Positions 47,734-60,900 of a DNA stretch of 64,000 nt are shown piece by piece. Under the pieces are notes generated by a model. It was not told the DNA's origin. It saw only the letters and a list, made by a program, of their open reading frames with translations, and ran no database searches. Numbering within the stretch: position 1 is the first letter of the stretch; each line of letters opens with the position of its first letter. Both the position numbers and the translations under genes were made by a program. Source of the stretch: Mayamaea pseudoterrestris (taxonomy: Eukaryota); assembly GCA_027923505.1 (NCBI GenBank), contig BROI01000012.1:558001-622000 (forward strand), in the 5' to 3' direction.

Positions 47734-48987
47734 TTACGCCTTGCAGCTGCAATTTCGTTCAAGCATTCGTGTGACCATCTTTTGTGTCGCCCGTAGCCTG
47801 TCTTTTGACGCGGATTCTTCAATCACCATTACAGGCGCATTCATCGCCGACGTCTTGGTGCAGATGCCATTGACACGGAGTAATGGGCGCAAATAAAAGT
47901 CAGGCATGTGATCTCGAAGCGATGGCGGAATTTTTTGGACCATTTTCTCGTACTTGCTTGGATCGTCGTGTTCAACACAACCTCCATCAATCTCAACAGG
48001 GCGAACAGTTTGAATCATGGTGGCAATTTCAGCCATTGCTTTCGTCACAGACTCATCCTTGGCATCACTCGGAGTGTTATTCGAAGCAGGCGGTGAACTA
48101 ATGATCAGCAGTGGCATTGTCACTTTGCCGTCCCTATCAATAACTATTGCTTGGGAAACATGACGAAACCCGAGCGCCTTTGGAGGAACAACCGAGACAA
48201 CGTCCTTACCGCGGACGACTCGATGCAGTCGAACCTTCGACCGAGGAAATTGATGAATGCGATCGTCCATGAGGTCTCGCATGACTCTACCACATGTACG
48301 AGGACTCCCGGCAGTGACGGAGCAAAGAGCTTGCGGAATGGACTCCCAATCGTATTTCAAGAGAAAATAGCACGTTGCCAGAGTCGCCACGCCTGCACCT
48401 AGCGAATGTCCAGTAACATACAATGTCCGTGGAGGTTGGTCCAGTCCCAGCAGCGGCTCAATGTGCTTCTTGATTAGCGACAGCGACGCGAGAAAGTTAT
48501 TGTAAAAGCCTGTATGAACTCTTGGCGTGACTTTGTTTCCGCAAAAACAATCAAAGCAATCACAGTAGCCGCTAAAACCCTGCTCATAATCCTCATCCAC
48601 CTCCCAAACGGTTGTTGTCGTGCTAAAGTTCGTCAGCCAGTCATAGACGGATGTTGTACATCGATATGATAGAACAATTGTCTTGTCGTTGTGAGCAATG
48701 TAGCCTTGCGTGTCTAAAAAATGTCCGCCCTTGGTCATTCCGCACTCGTCAATGTGTGCATCGAGCTTCAGATCAAAATGTTTTGCGAGGATTTCCGAAA
48801 GCGGACGATGAGCATCTTCTATGCTCCCTGTTATCAGCTTCAATGCTTCCTCCTGCCATGGATTCATCCTTGTGACGCGCTTGAGAGTGGCAGGCTTGTC
48901 ATCTGTTACAGCTAGCGACGCCAACTTCATTCCGAGCAGCATTTCGCGCAAGTCCTCCTTGCTATATGTATCGTCGGAGCTCCTCAT
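47734..48987 (-). CDS. Class 3 lipase
   Basis: Motifs RVHTGFYNNF, LYVTGHSLGAGVA, GSPR, DVVSVVPP and DHMPDFY. Confidence 0.92.
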   Translation of the reverse strand: MRSSDDTYSKEDLREMLLGMKLASLAVTDDKPATLKRVTRMNPWQEEALKLITGSIEDAHRPLSEILAKHFDLKLDAHIDECGMTKGGHFLDTQGYIAHNDKTIVLSYRCTTSVYDWLTNFSTTTTVWEVDEDYEQGFSGYCDCFDCFCGNKVTPRVHTGFYNNFLASLSLIKKHIEPLLGLDQPPRTLYVTGHSLGAGVATLATCYFLLKYDWESIPQALCSVTAGSPRTCGRVMRDLMDDRIHQFPRSKVRLHRVVRGKDVVSVVPPKALGFRHVSQAIVIDRDGKVTMPLLIISSPPASNNTPSDAKDESVTKAMAEIATMIQTVRPVEIDGGCVEHDDPSKYEKMVQKIPPSLRDHMPDFYLRPLLRVNGICTKTSAMNAPVMVIEESASKDRLRATQKMVTRMLERNCSCKA

Positions 48988-49594
48988 GATTTTAACAAGT
49001 CATGCTTGAAGTTTCAGATGGCGCTTCGCTTGCTACCGTAGCTGTCATATGCCATCCACTAGTGTTTCCAAATTCCAGATGTATCTTGATGCGTTGAGCG
49101 TTGAGGCGATGAGCGTGAGCGAGCGATGAGCAATTCGCCGTAATTTCCAGTCTTTCGGCGTGATGCCAATCAATCCTCATTTATTGTGGTAATTCGTGCC
49201 TGGCTGATTATACTAATGTCAGGAGATGACAACGTGGATAGAATATGCATAGGTTGTTGTTGTCCCCGCAAACGCTCACCTCTTCTCGCCGCATCCTTCA
49301 ACTTTGTGACCAAATTCACCAAAGGCTCGCCTCGCGCGGCTCAAATGTCACAACAGTACTCACTGAACGTGTCACAGCGTGAATGAAGCGATTTTGACAC
49401 GATCAAAAAAGGACGACGTGGCGCTACAATTTGCGAGTCGTTTGATCGTGAATAGTGACTCTTTGTCTATGAATATACCGGTAGGCATTCTCGTGTCACA
49501 CAGGTTCTGTCACACATGCAATCTTTGATCTTGACGCATCGCTTCTTCGGCAACCATCAAATCGTCAGATCACCTCATCGCCTCCTTGACAACC

Positions 49595-50206
49595 ATGAAG
49601 CTTTCCACTGCATTAATCGTCTCCGCGGGCGTCTTGGTCGGGACAACGACTGCTTACAGTCTCCTTTCTCGTCGTTCCTTTGGGAATGCGGCGGTTTCTG
49701 GAGTTGGCGCCGGATTGCTGACGACGACCATGGCACCAGCAGCGTTGGCAGCCGACGACTACATCACTTTGGAGAATGGAATCCAGTACAAGGTCATCAA
49801 GGAAGGAGAAGGAGCAATTCCAGAGGCAGGGCAGAGCGTCAAGGCGCACTACACTGGATGGCTCGATGGATTTGATTCCGACAAAAAGTTTGACTCTTCT
49901 CGTGACCGTGGCCGCCCGTTCGTCTTCAAGGTTGGAGCAGGACAAGTCATTCGGGGATGGGATGACCAGTTCAGTCAAATGAAGGTCGGAGAAAGGCGTC
50001 AGATTGTTCTTCCGCCGCGCATGGCTTACGGCGACCGTGGAGGTAAGGCCTACATTTATCATGTTTGCAACGTTGAATGAAACTTTATATCGTTGAGCTT
50101 ACCAGATTTTAACTCACTTCATGTCTTATCACTATGTATAGCTGGTGGAATCATCCCTCCAGGTGCTACACTATACTTTGACGTTGAACTGCTTAACATT
50201 TTATAG
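49595..50206 (+). CDS. FKBP-type peptidyl-prolyl isomerase, plastid/lumen-targeted, 2 exons
   Basis: HYTGWL, FDSSRDRG and VIRGWD. Intron 50043-50141 joins AGGIIPPGATLYFDVELL. SRRSF Tat-like leader. Confidence 0.95.
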
Positions 50207-50221
50207 AGAAAAACAATTCTG

Positions 50222-50998
50222 CTAGTCATGTTTCTTGCTTTTCTTCGCCTTCTTTTCCTTTTTGTGCTTCTTTGCTTTCTTCGCTTCCTTGTGCGCCTGC
50301 TTTAATTGGACATCCAAAGAATTGTCCATAGCTGGTGCTGTAGAATGATCAAGCTCTTGCTTTACAATTGACGCTGCGTCATCGTCATCCCTTCGCTTTG
50401 AACTTTCGTCTTTACGCTGTCCTTTAGCAGGCGATCTGCAAGCATCCAATGCAACACTCGCCTCCACTATAGGAGGCACACTTCCGCCTCCAATGGGTGC
50501 CCACCGCCGTTTCAGCCCAGTCCGTTGCGGAACGTGCGCGTAAGCGTGACGAACATTGACTTTTGGCTCGACTGATTCAGTCGAAAGTTCCTCATGCGGT
50601 CGTAATGCAGATGCAATTGTTAAGTGTTTCTGAAAGGAAGCAGTCGAAGGTTGCAGCTCATCATTTAAATTGTTGTTGCTGCTTCCATTGTGCTTGTTGC
50701 TGGATGAGTCTGAATCCGAATCATCACTGTCCGAGCCGACGGCGTCGTCGGCTAGTTTCTTCGGTAGTAATAGTCGAAAGGAATCCGTCTCGCTTGTATT
50801 GGCAATCTGCATAGAGTATGACTGTTCATTTGATTGTATAGTAGCTGACCCGCTTAATTGTAAGGTTGTTCCATCGAGTTCCTTGACATCAAACTGTTGA
50901 GGAAGTCGGAATGTCCACAGTTGATAGCGCCTGGAATCAAAGTCAGCTGGTAACTCAAATTTCGGCGGTCCAGTTGACTTCTTAGTCACGCCATTCAT
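50222..50998 (-). CDS. RNA polymerase I subunit RPA34/A34.5-like protein
   Basis: QLWTFRLPQQFDVKELDG, PQRTGLKRRWAPIGG and a Lys-rich C-terminal tail. Confidence 0.7.
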   Translation of the reverse strand: MNGVTKKSTGPPKFELPADFDSRRYQLWTFRLPQQFDVKELDGTTLQLSGSATIQSNEQSYSMQIANTSETDSFRLLLPKKLADDAVGSDSDDSDSDSSSNKHNGSSNNNLNDELQPSTASFQKHLTIASALRPHEELSTESVEPKVNVRHAYAHVPQRTGLKRRWAPIGGGSVPPIVEASVALDACRSPAKGQRKDESSKRRDDDDAASIVKQELDHSTAPAMDNSLDVQLKQAHKEAKKAKKHKKEKKAKKSKKHD

Positions 50999-51325
50999 CC
51001 TCGACTGGCTAGCAAGACTCTTGTGAAAGCTTTACTGATAATGGATCTCCAGGAATCAGTCTCTTCGCCATGGTCGGAATGACGGAATGATGGAACGAGT
51101 TGACGACGACGCATTCGTTGGTTTTGCGAAAAAACGGACGATGGCAAGACAGTAGGGAGAACCCGTGTGACACGAAATTCCATCTTGTCGTTTCGAGCGA
51201 CGACACGACCACACAGCACCCGTCGCTGCGTCTCGCCCTTTGAATTGTTAGCATCGATCGGATCATTGACTATACCCAGTCAACTAGTGTGCACTTAGTA
51301 TAACTTTCAATAAAGTGACGCAACC

Positions 51326-51703
51326 ATGATCCCGTTGATATCCGATTTGCTGCGCGCGAGAACGGCACTGACGCTCTTTACGCACATGACAATCTCAAGC
51401 CGCACCATGGCTACCAAACGAGCCGGAGGCTCCTCCACCAACGGTCGCGACTCGGCCGGACGTCGTCTTGGAATCAAAGTATGGCCCAATCAAATGGCCA
51501 AGGCTGGAAGCATATTGATTCGACAGCGGGGACAAAAGTTTCGAGCAGGGGAAAATGTTGGCATGGGAAAGGATCATACACTCTTTGCACTTACGGAAGG
51601 AAGCGTTTATATGACGAAACTACCAACGAACAAGAAGAGAAATGTGGTTCACATTCGGCCTATTGACTTGGTGGCGTCGTCGTTAATGTCCTCGGCTGCT
51701 TAA
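51326..51703 (+). CDS. MRPL27: Mitochondrial ribosomal protein bL27
   Basis: [23 protein letters not shown] and [27 protein letters not shown], with an R/T-rich presequence. Confidence 0.95.
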   Translation: MIPLISDLLRARTALTLFTHMTISSRTMATKRAGGSSTNGRDSAGRRLGIKVWPNQMAKAGSILIRQRGQKFRAGENVGMGKDHTLFALTEGSVYMTKLPTNKKRNVVHIRPIDLVASSLMSSAA

Positions 51704-51919
51704 AGTTGTGGGGACTGGACCATTGATTGGAAATGATGTGATGGATGCGCGGTTGCGAACATGTTGGCCACGTGCCTAACATTGAGAATAAAGTGGAGAC
51801 AAAATTTGAAACCAGTATGCAACTTTTTAGCATGTTTGTAACACATCTTTATTACTGTAGTTTCTTGTTCTCTTTTGCAGAAATTCAAAACAAAATTCTC
51901 GTAAAAGAACAGTCAATTG

Positions 51920-54900
51920 TATTTTGCCATCCCCTGAGACACCAGCCAAGCCTACCATCTTGTAGCGCAGCCTGAATAAGGATGTTGGCACCATTCTGGT
52001 GTATTTTGGGCACGTACAGGGCTTGGTGTAGGGGCATTTGAATGTCATGGCATCTATGGGCTGAGACTGGTGACAAGTTGTCACCAAATACATTGCCATT
52101 CCCTGAGACACCAGCCAAGCCTACCATCTTGTAGCGCAGCCTGAAAAAATGATGTTGGCACCATTCTTGTGTATTTTGGTCACCTACAGGGCTTGCTGTA
52201 GGGGCGTTTGAATGTCACGGCATCTGCGGGCTGAAATTGGTGACAAGTTGTCACCAAATACATTGCCATCCCCTGAGACACCAGCCAAGCATACCATCTT
52301 GTAGCGCAGCCTGAATAAGGATGTTGGCACCATTCTGGTGTATTTTGGGCACGTACAGGGCTTGGTGTAGGTGCGTTTGAATGTCATGGCATCTGCGGGC
52401 TGAGATTGGTGACAAGTTGTCACCAAATACATTGCCATCCCCTGAGACACCAGCCAAGCCTACCATCTTGTAGTGCAGCCTGGATAATGACGTTGGCACC
52501 ATTCTGGTGTAATTAGGGCACCTACAGGGCTTGCTGTAGGGGCGTTTGAATGTCACAGCATTTGCGGGCTGAGATTGGTGACAAGGTGTCACCAAATACA
52601 TTGCCATCCCCTGAGACACCAGCCAAGCATACCATCTTGTAGTGCAGCCTGAAAAAGGATGTTGGCACCATTCTGGTGTATTTTGGGCACGTACAGGGCT
52701 TGGTGTAGGGGCATTTGAATGTCACGGCATCTATGAGCTGAGACTGGTGACAAGTTGTCACCAAATACATTGCCATCCCCTGAGACACCAGCCAAGCCTA
52801 CCATCTTGTAGCGCAGCCTGGATAATGATGTTGGCACCATTCTGGTGTAATTTGGGCACCTACAGGGCTTGCTGTAGGTGCATTTGAATGTCACGGCATC
52901 TGTGGGCTGAGACTGGTGACAAGTTGTCATCAAATATATTGCCATCAACTGAGACACCAGCCAAGCCTACCATTTTGTAGCGCAGCCTGAACAATGATGT
53001 TGGCACCATTCTGGTGTATTTTGGGCACCTACAGGGCTTGCTGTAGGGGTGTTTGAATGTCATGGCATCTGCTGGCTGAGATTGGTGACAAGTTGTCACC
53101 AAATACATTACCATCCCCTGAGACACCAGCCAAGCCTACCATCTTGTAGTGCAGCCTGGATAATGATGTTGGCACCATTCTGGTGTAATTAGGGCACCTA
53201 CAGGGCTTGCTGTAGGTGCATTTGAATATCACGGCATCTGTGGGCTGAGACTGGTGACAAGTTGTCACCAAATACATTGCCATCCCCTGAGACACCAGCC
53301 AAGCATACCATCTTGTAGTGCAGCCTAAATAAGGATGTTGGCACCATTCTGGTGTACTTTGGGCACCTACAGGGCTTGCTGTAGGGGTGTTTGAATGTCA
53401 TGGCATCTGTGGGCTGAGATTGGTGACAAGTTGTCACCAAATACATTGCCATCCCCTGAGACACCAGCCAAACCTACCATCTTGTAGTGCAGCCTGAATT
53501 AAGGATGTTGGCACCATTCTGGTGTAATTTGGGCACCTACAGGGCTTGCTGTAGGGGCGTTTGAATGTCATGGCATCTGCGGGCTGAGATTGGTGACAAG
53601 TTGTCACCAAATACATTGCCATCCCCTGAGACACCAGCCAAGCCTACCATCTTGTAGCGCAGCCTAAATAATGATGTTGGCACCATTCTGGTGGATTTTG
53701 GGCACCTACATGGCTTGCTGTAGGGGCGTTTGAATGTCATGGCATCTGTGGGCTGAGATTGGTGACAAGTTGTCACCAAATACATTGCCATCCCCTGAGA
53801 CACCAGCCAAACCTACCATCTTTTAGTGCTGCCTGGATAATGACGTTGGCACCATTCTGGTGTATTTTGGGCACCTACAGGGCTTGCTGTAGGGGCGTTT
53901 GAATGTCATGGCATCTGCGGGCTGAGATTGGTGACAAGTTGTCACCAAATACATTGCCATCCCCTGAGACACCAGCCAAGCATACCATCTTGTAGTGCAG
54001 CCTGGATAATGATGTTGGCACCATTCTGGTGTAATTTGGGCACCTACAGGGCTTGCTGTAGGGGCATTTGAATGTCATGGCATCTATGGGCTGAGCTTTG
54101 TGACAAGTTGTCACCAAATATATTGCCATCCTCTGAGACACCAGCCAAGCCAACCACCTAGAAGCTCAGCCTGGATAATGATGGTGGCACCATTCTGGTG
54201 TAATTTGGGCACCTACAGGGCTTGCTGTAGGGGCATTTGAATGTCATGGCATCTATGGGCTGAGCTTTGTGACAAGTTGTCACCAAATATATTGCCATCC
54301 TCTGAGACACCAGCCAAGCCAACCACCTAGAAGCTCAGCCTGAATTATGATGTTGGAACCATTCTGGTGTAATTTGGGCACGTACAGGGCTTGCTGTAGG
54401 GGCGTTTGAATGTCATGGCATCTGTGGGCTGAGATTGGTGACAAGTTGTCACCAAATACATTGCCATCCCCTGAGACACCAGCCAAGCCTACCATCTTGT
54501 AGCGCAGCCTGAATAATGATGGTGGCACCATTCTGGTGTATTTTGGGCACCTACATGGCTTGCTGTAGGGGCGTTTGAATGTCATGGCATCTGCGGGCTG
54601 AGATTGGTGACAAGTTGTCACCAAATACATTGCCATCCCCTGAGACACCAGCCAGGCCTAACATCTTGTAGCGCAGCCGGAATAATGATGGTGGCACCAT
54701 TCTGGTGTATTTTGGGCACCTACATGGCTTGCTGTAGGGGCGTTTGAATGTCATGGCATCTGCGGGCTGAGATTGGTGACAAGTTGTCACCAAATACATT
54801 GCCATCCCCTGAGACACCAGCCAAGCCTACCATCTTGTAGTGCTGCCTAGATAATGACGTTGGCACCATTCTGGTGTATTTTGGGCACCTACAGGGCTTG

Positions 54901-57900
54901 CTGTAGGGGCGTTTGAATGTCATGGCATCTGCGGGCTGAGATTGGTGACAAGTTGTCACCAAATACATTGCCATCCCCTGAGACACCAGCCAAGCCTACC
55001 ATCTTGTAGTGCTGCCTGGATAATGACGTTGGCACCATTCTGGTGTATTTTGGGCACCTACAGGGCTTGCTGTAGGGGCGTTTGAATGTCATGGCATCTG
55101 CGGGCTGAGATTGGTGACAAGTTGTCACCAAATACATTGCCATCCCCTGAGACACCAGCCAAGCATACCATCTTGTAGTGCAGCCTGGATAACGATGTTG
55201 GCACCATTCTGGTGTAATTAGGGCACCTACAGGGCATGCTGTAGGGGCGTTTGAATGTCACGGCATTTGCGGGCTGAGATTGGTGACAAGTTGTCACCAA
55301 ATACATTACCATCCCCTGAGACACCAGCCAAGCATACCATCTTGTAGTGCAGCCGGAATAAGGATGTTGGCACCATTCTGGTGTATTTTGGGCACGTACA
55401 GGGCTTGGTGTAGGTGCATTTGAATGTCACGGCATCTATGGGCTGAGACTGGTGACAAGTTGTCACCAAATACATTGCCATCCCCTGAGACACCAGCCAA
55501 GCCTACCATCTTATAGCGCAGCCTGGATAATGATGTTGGCACCATTCTGGTGTATTTTGGGAACCTACAGGGCTTGCTGTAGGTGCATTTTGAATGTCAC
55601 GGCATCTATGGGCTGAGATTGGTGACAAGTTGTCACCAAATACATTACCATCCCCTGAGACACCAGCCAAGCCTACCATCTTGTAGTGCAGCCGGAATAA
55701 GGATGTTGGCACCATTCTGGTGTATTTTGGGCACCTACAGGGCTTGCTGTAGGGGCGTTTGAATGTCACGGCATCTATGGGCTGAGACTGGTGACAAGTT
55801 GTCACCAAATACATTGCCATCCCCTGAGACACCAGCCAAGCCTACCATCTTGTAGCGCAGCCTGGATAAGGATGTTGGCACCATTCTGGTGTATTTTGGG
55901 AACCTACAGGGCTTGCTGTAGGTGCATTTTGAATGTCACGGCATCTATGGGCTGAGACTGGTGACAAGTTGTCACCAAATATATTGCCATCCCCTGAGAC
56001 ACCAGCCAAGCCTACCATTTTGTAGCGCAGCCTGAAAAAATGATGTTGGCACCATTCTGGTGTATTTTGGGCACGTACAGGGCTTGGTGTAGGTGCATTT
56101 GAATGTCACGGCATCTATGGGCTGAGATTGGTGACAAGTTGTCACCAAATACATTACCATCCCCTGAGACACCAGCCAAGCATACCATCTTGTAGTGCAG
56201 CCGGAATAAGGATGTTGGCACCAATCTATTGTGTATTTTGGGCACCTACAGGGCTTGCTGTAGGGGTGTTTGAATGTCACGGCATCAGCGGGCTAAGATT
56301 GGTGACAAGTTGTCACCAAATACATTGCCATCCCCTGAGACAACAGCCAAGCCTACCATCTTGTAGCGTTGCCTGAATAATGATGCTGGCATCGTTCTGG
56401 TGTATTTTGGGCACCTACAGGGCTTGCTGGAGGTGCATTTGAATGTCACGGCATCTATGGGCTGAGACTGGTAACAAGTTGTCACCAAATATATTGCCAT
56501 CCCCTGAGACACCAGCCAAGCCTACCATCTTGTAGTGCAGCCTGGATAATGATGGTGGCACCATTCTGGTGTAATTTGGGCACCTACAGGGCTTGCTGTA
56601 GGGGCGTTTGAATGTCACGGCATCTATGGGCTGAGACTGGTGACAAGTTGTCACTAAATACATTGCCATCCCCTGAGACACCAGCTAAGCCTACCATCTT
56701 GTAGCGCAGCCTGAAAAAATGATGTTGGCACCATTCTGGTGTATTTTGGGCACCTACAGGGCTTGCTGTAGGGGCGTTTGAATGTCACAGCATCTGCGGG
56801 CTGAGACTGGTGACAAGTTGTCACCAAATACATTGCCATCACCTGAGACACCCGCCAAGCCTACCATCTTGTAGCGCATCCGGAAAAAAGATGTTAACAC
56901 CATTCTGGTGTAATTTGGGCACCTTCATGGCTTGCTGTAGGGGCGTTTGAATGTCACGGCATCTGCGGGCTGAGATTGGTGACAAGTTGTCACCAAATAG
57001 ATTGCCATCCCCTGAGACACCAGCCAAGCCCAACCATCTTGTACCGCAGCATGAATAATGATGTTGGCACCATTCTGGTGTAATTTGGGCACCTACAGGG
57101 CTTGCTGAAGGGGCGTTTGAATGTCACGGCATCTGCGGGCTGAGATTGGTGACAAGTTGTCACCAAATACATTGCCATCCTCTGAGGCACCAGCCAAGCC
57201 TACCATCTTTAAGGCAGCCTGAATAATGAAGTTGGCACCATTCTGGTGGGGCTGAGATTGGTGGGCCCGACTTTGTACGCCGATGAATAATGATGTTGGC
57301 ACCATTCTGGTGTATTTTGGGCACCTACAGGGCTTGCTGTAGGGGGGTTTGCATGTCATGGCATCTCAGGCTGAGATTGGTGACAAGTTGTCACCAAATA
57401 CATTGCCATCCTCTGAGGCACCAGCCAAGCCAGCCATCTTGTAGTGCAGCATGTATAATGATGTTGGTACCATTCTGGTGTAATTTGGGCACCTACAGGG
57501 CTTGCTGTAGGGGCGTTTGAATGTCACGGCATCTATGGGATGAGACTGGTGACAAGTTGTCACCAAATATATTGCCATCCCCTGAGACACCAGCCAAACC
57601 TACCATCTTGTTACGCAGCCATTATAAGGATGTTGGCACCATTCTGGTGTATTTTGGGCACCTACAGGGCTTGCTGTAGGCGCGTTTGAATGTCACGGCA
57701 TCTATGGGATGAGACTGGTGACAAGTTGTCACCAAAATTGCCATCCCCTGAGACACCAGCCAAGCCAACCATCTTGTAGCGCAGCCTGAATAATGATGTT
57801 GGCACCATTCTGGTGTATTTTGGGCACCTACAGGGCTTGCTGTAGGGGCGTTTGAATGTCACGGCATCTGCGGGCTGAGATTGGTGACAAGTTGTCACCA

Positions 57901-60900
57901 AATAGATTGCCATCCCCTGAGACACCAGCCAAGCCAACCATCTTGTAGCGCAGCATGAATAATGAAGTTGGCACCATTCTGGTGTAATTTGGGCACCTAC
58001 AGGGCTTGCTGTAGGGGCATTTGAATGTCACAGCATCTATGGGCTGAGACTGGTGACAAGTTGTCACCAAATACATTGCCATCCCCTGAGACACCAGCCA
58101 AGCCATGATGTGCAGACCATCTAGCCGCGCAGCCTGAATAATGATGTTGGCAGCATTCTGGTGTATTTTGGGCACCTACAGGGCTTGCTGTAGGGGCGTT
58201 TGAATGTCACGGCATCTGCGGGCTGAGATTGGTGACAAGTTGTCACCAAATATATTGCCATCCCCTGAGACACCAGCCAAGCCTACCATCTTGTAGCGCA
58301 GCCTGAATAATGATGTTGGCACCATTCTGGTGTATTTTGGGCACCTACAGGGCTTGCTGTAGGGGCGTTTGAATGTCACGGCATCTATGGGATGAGACTG
58401 GTGACAAGTTGTCACCAAATACATTGCCATCCCCTGAGACACCAGCCAAGCCAACCATCTTGCAGCGCAGCCTGAATAATGATGTTGGCAGCATTCTGGT
58501 GTTATTTGGGCACCTACAGGGCTTGCTGTAGGTGCATTTAAATGTCACGGCATCTATGGGTTGAGACTGGTGACAAGTTGTCACCAAATATATTGCCATC
58601 CCCTGAGACACCAGCCAAGCCTACCATCTTGTAGCGCAGCCTGAAAAATGATGTTGGCACCATTCTGGTGTATTTTGGGCACCTACAGGGCTTGCTGTAG
58701 GGGTGTTTGAATGTCACGGCATCTATGGGATGAGACTGGTGACAAGTTGTCACCAAATATATTGCCATCCCCTGAGACACAAGCCAAGCCTACCAACTTG
58801 TAGCGCAGCCTGAATAATGATGTTGGCACCATTCTGGTGTATTTTGGGCACCTACAGGGCTTGCTGTAGGGGCGTTTGAATGTCACGGCATCTATGGGAT
58901 GAGACTGGTTACAAGTTGTCACCAAATATATTGCCATCCCCTGAGACACCAGCCAAGCCTACCATCTTGTAGCGCAGCCTGAATAATGATGTTGGCACCA
59001 TTCTGGTGTATTTTGGGCACCTACAGGGCTTGCTGTAGGGGCGTTTGAATGTCACGGCATCTGCGGGCTGAGATTGGTGACAAGTTGTCACCAAATAGAT
59101 TGCCATCCCCTGAGACACCAGCCAAGCATACCATCTTGTAGCGCAGCCGAAATAAGGATGTTGGCACCATTCTGGTGTATTTTGGGCACCTACAGGGCTT
59201 GCTGTAGGGGCGTTTGAATGTCGCGGCATCTATGGGATGAGACTGGTGACAAGTTGTCACCAAATATATTGCCATCCCCTGATACACCAACCAAGCCAAC
59301 CATCTTGTAGCGCAGCCTGAAAAAATGATGTTGGCACCATTCTGGTGTATTTTGGGCACCTACAGGGCTTGCTGTAGGGGCGTTTGAATGTCACGGCATC
59401 TGCGGGCTGAGATTGGTGACAAGTTGTCACCAAATACATTGCCATCCTCTGAGGCACCAGCCAAGCCTACCATCTTTTAGCGCAGCCTGGATAATGATGT
59501 TGGCTCCATTCTGGTGTAATTATGGCACCTACACGGCATGCTGTAGGGGCGTTTGAATGTCTCGGCATCTGCGGGCTGAGATTGGTGACAAGGTGTCACC
59601 AAATACATTGCCATCCCCTGAGACACCCGCCAAGCCTACCATCTTGTAGCGCAGCCTGAATAATGATGTTGGCACCATTTCTGGTGTAATGTGGGCACCT
59701 ACAGGGCTTGCTGTAGGGGCGTTTGAATGTCACGGCATCTGCGGGCTGAGATTGGTGACAAGTTGTCACCAAATACATTGCCATCCTCTGAGGCACCAGC
59801 CAAGCCTACCATCTTTTAGCGCAGCCTTGATAATGATGTTGGCTCCATTCTGGTGTAATTATGGCACCTACACGGCATGCTGTAGGGGCGTTTGAATGTC
59901 TCGGCATCTGCGGGCTGAGATTGGTGACAAGGTGTCACCAAATACATTGCCATCCCCTGAGACACCAGCCAAGCCTACCATCTTGTAGCGCAGCCTGAAT
60001 AATGATGTTGGCACAACTGGTGTATTTTGGGCACCTACAGGGCTTGCTGTAGGGGCGTTTGAATGTCACGGCATCTATGGGATGAGACTGGTGACAAGTT
60101 GTCACCAAATATATTGCCATCCCCTGAGACACCAGCCAAGCCTACCATCTTGTAGCGCAGCCTGAATAATGATGTTGGCACCATTCTGGTGTATTTTGGG
60201 CACCTACAGGGCTTGCTGTAGGGGCGTTTGAATGTCACGGCATCTGCGGGCTGAGATTGGTGACAAGTTGTCACCAAATAGATTGCCATCCCCTGAGACA
60301 CCAGCCAAGCCTACCATCTTGTAGCGCAGTATGAATAATGAAGTTGGCACCATTCTGGTGTAATTTGGGCACCTACAGGGCTTGCTGTAGGGGCGTTTGA
60401 ATGTCACGGCATCTATGGGATGAGACTGGTGACAAGTTGTCACCAAATATATTGCCATCCCCTGAGACACCAGCCAAACCTACCATCTTGTTACGCAGCC
60501 ATTATAAGGATGTTGGCACCATTCTGGTGTATTTTGGGCACCTACAGGGCTTGCTGTAGGCGCGTTTGAATGTCACGGCATCTATGGGATGAGACTGGTG
60601 ACAAGTTGTCACCAAAATTGCCATCCCCTGAGACACCAGCCAAGCCAACCATCTTGTAGCGCAGCCTGAAAAAATGATGTTGGCACCATTCTGGTGTATT
60701 TTGGGCACCTACAGGGCTTGCTGTAGGGGCGTTTGAATGTCACGGCATCTGCGGGCTGAGATTGGTGACAAGTTGTCACCAAATACATTGCCATCCTCTG
60801 AGGCACCAGCCAAGCCTACCATCTTTTAGCACAGCCTGGATAATGATGTTGGCTCCATTCTGGTGTAATTATGGCACCTACACGGCATGCTGTAGGGGCG

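Noticed and set aside
51920..52090. Monomer as a 5S, tRNA, snRNA or hammerhead gene array
   Set aside because: No recognisable A/B/C boxes, Sm site or CTGATGA...GAAA core.
52395..52495. TPP-riboswitch-like words in the monomer (GGCTGAGA-hairpin-ATAC, CCTGA, CTGGATAATG)
   Set aside because: P2 pairing and the P5/P4 closure (CCAGCG.AGG) are absent, the spacing is wrong, and CTGGATAATG varies among copies. An Rfam RF00059 scan would settle it.
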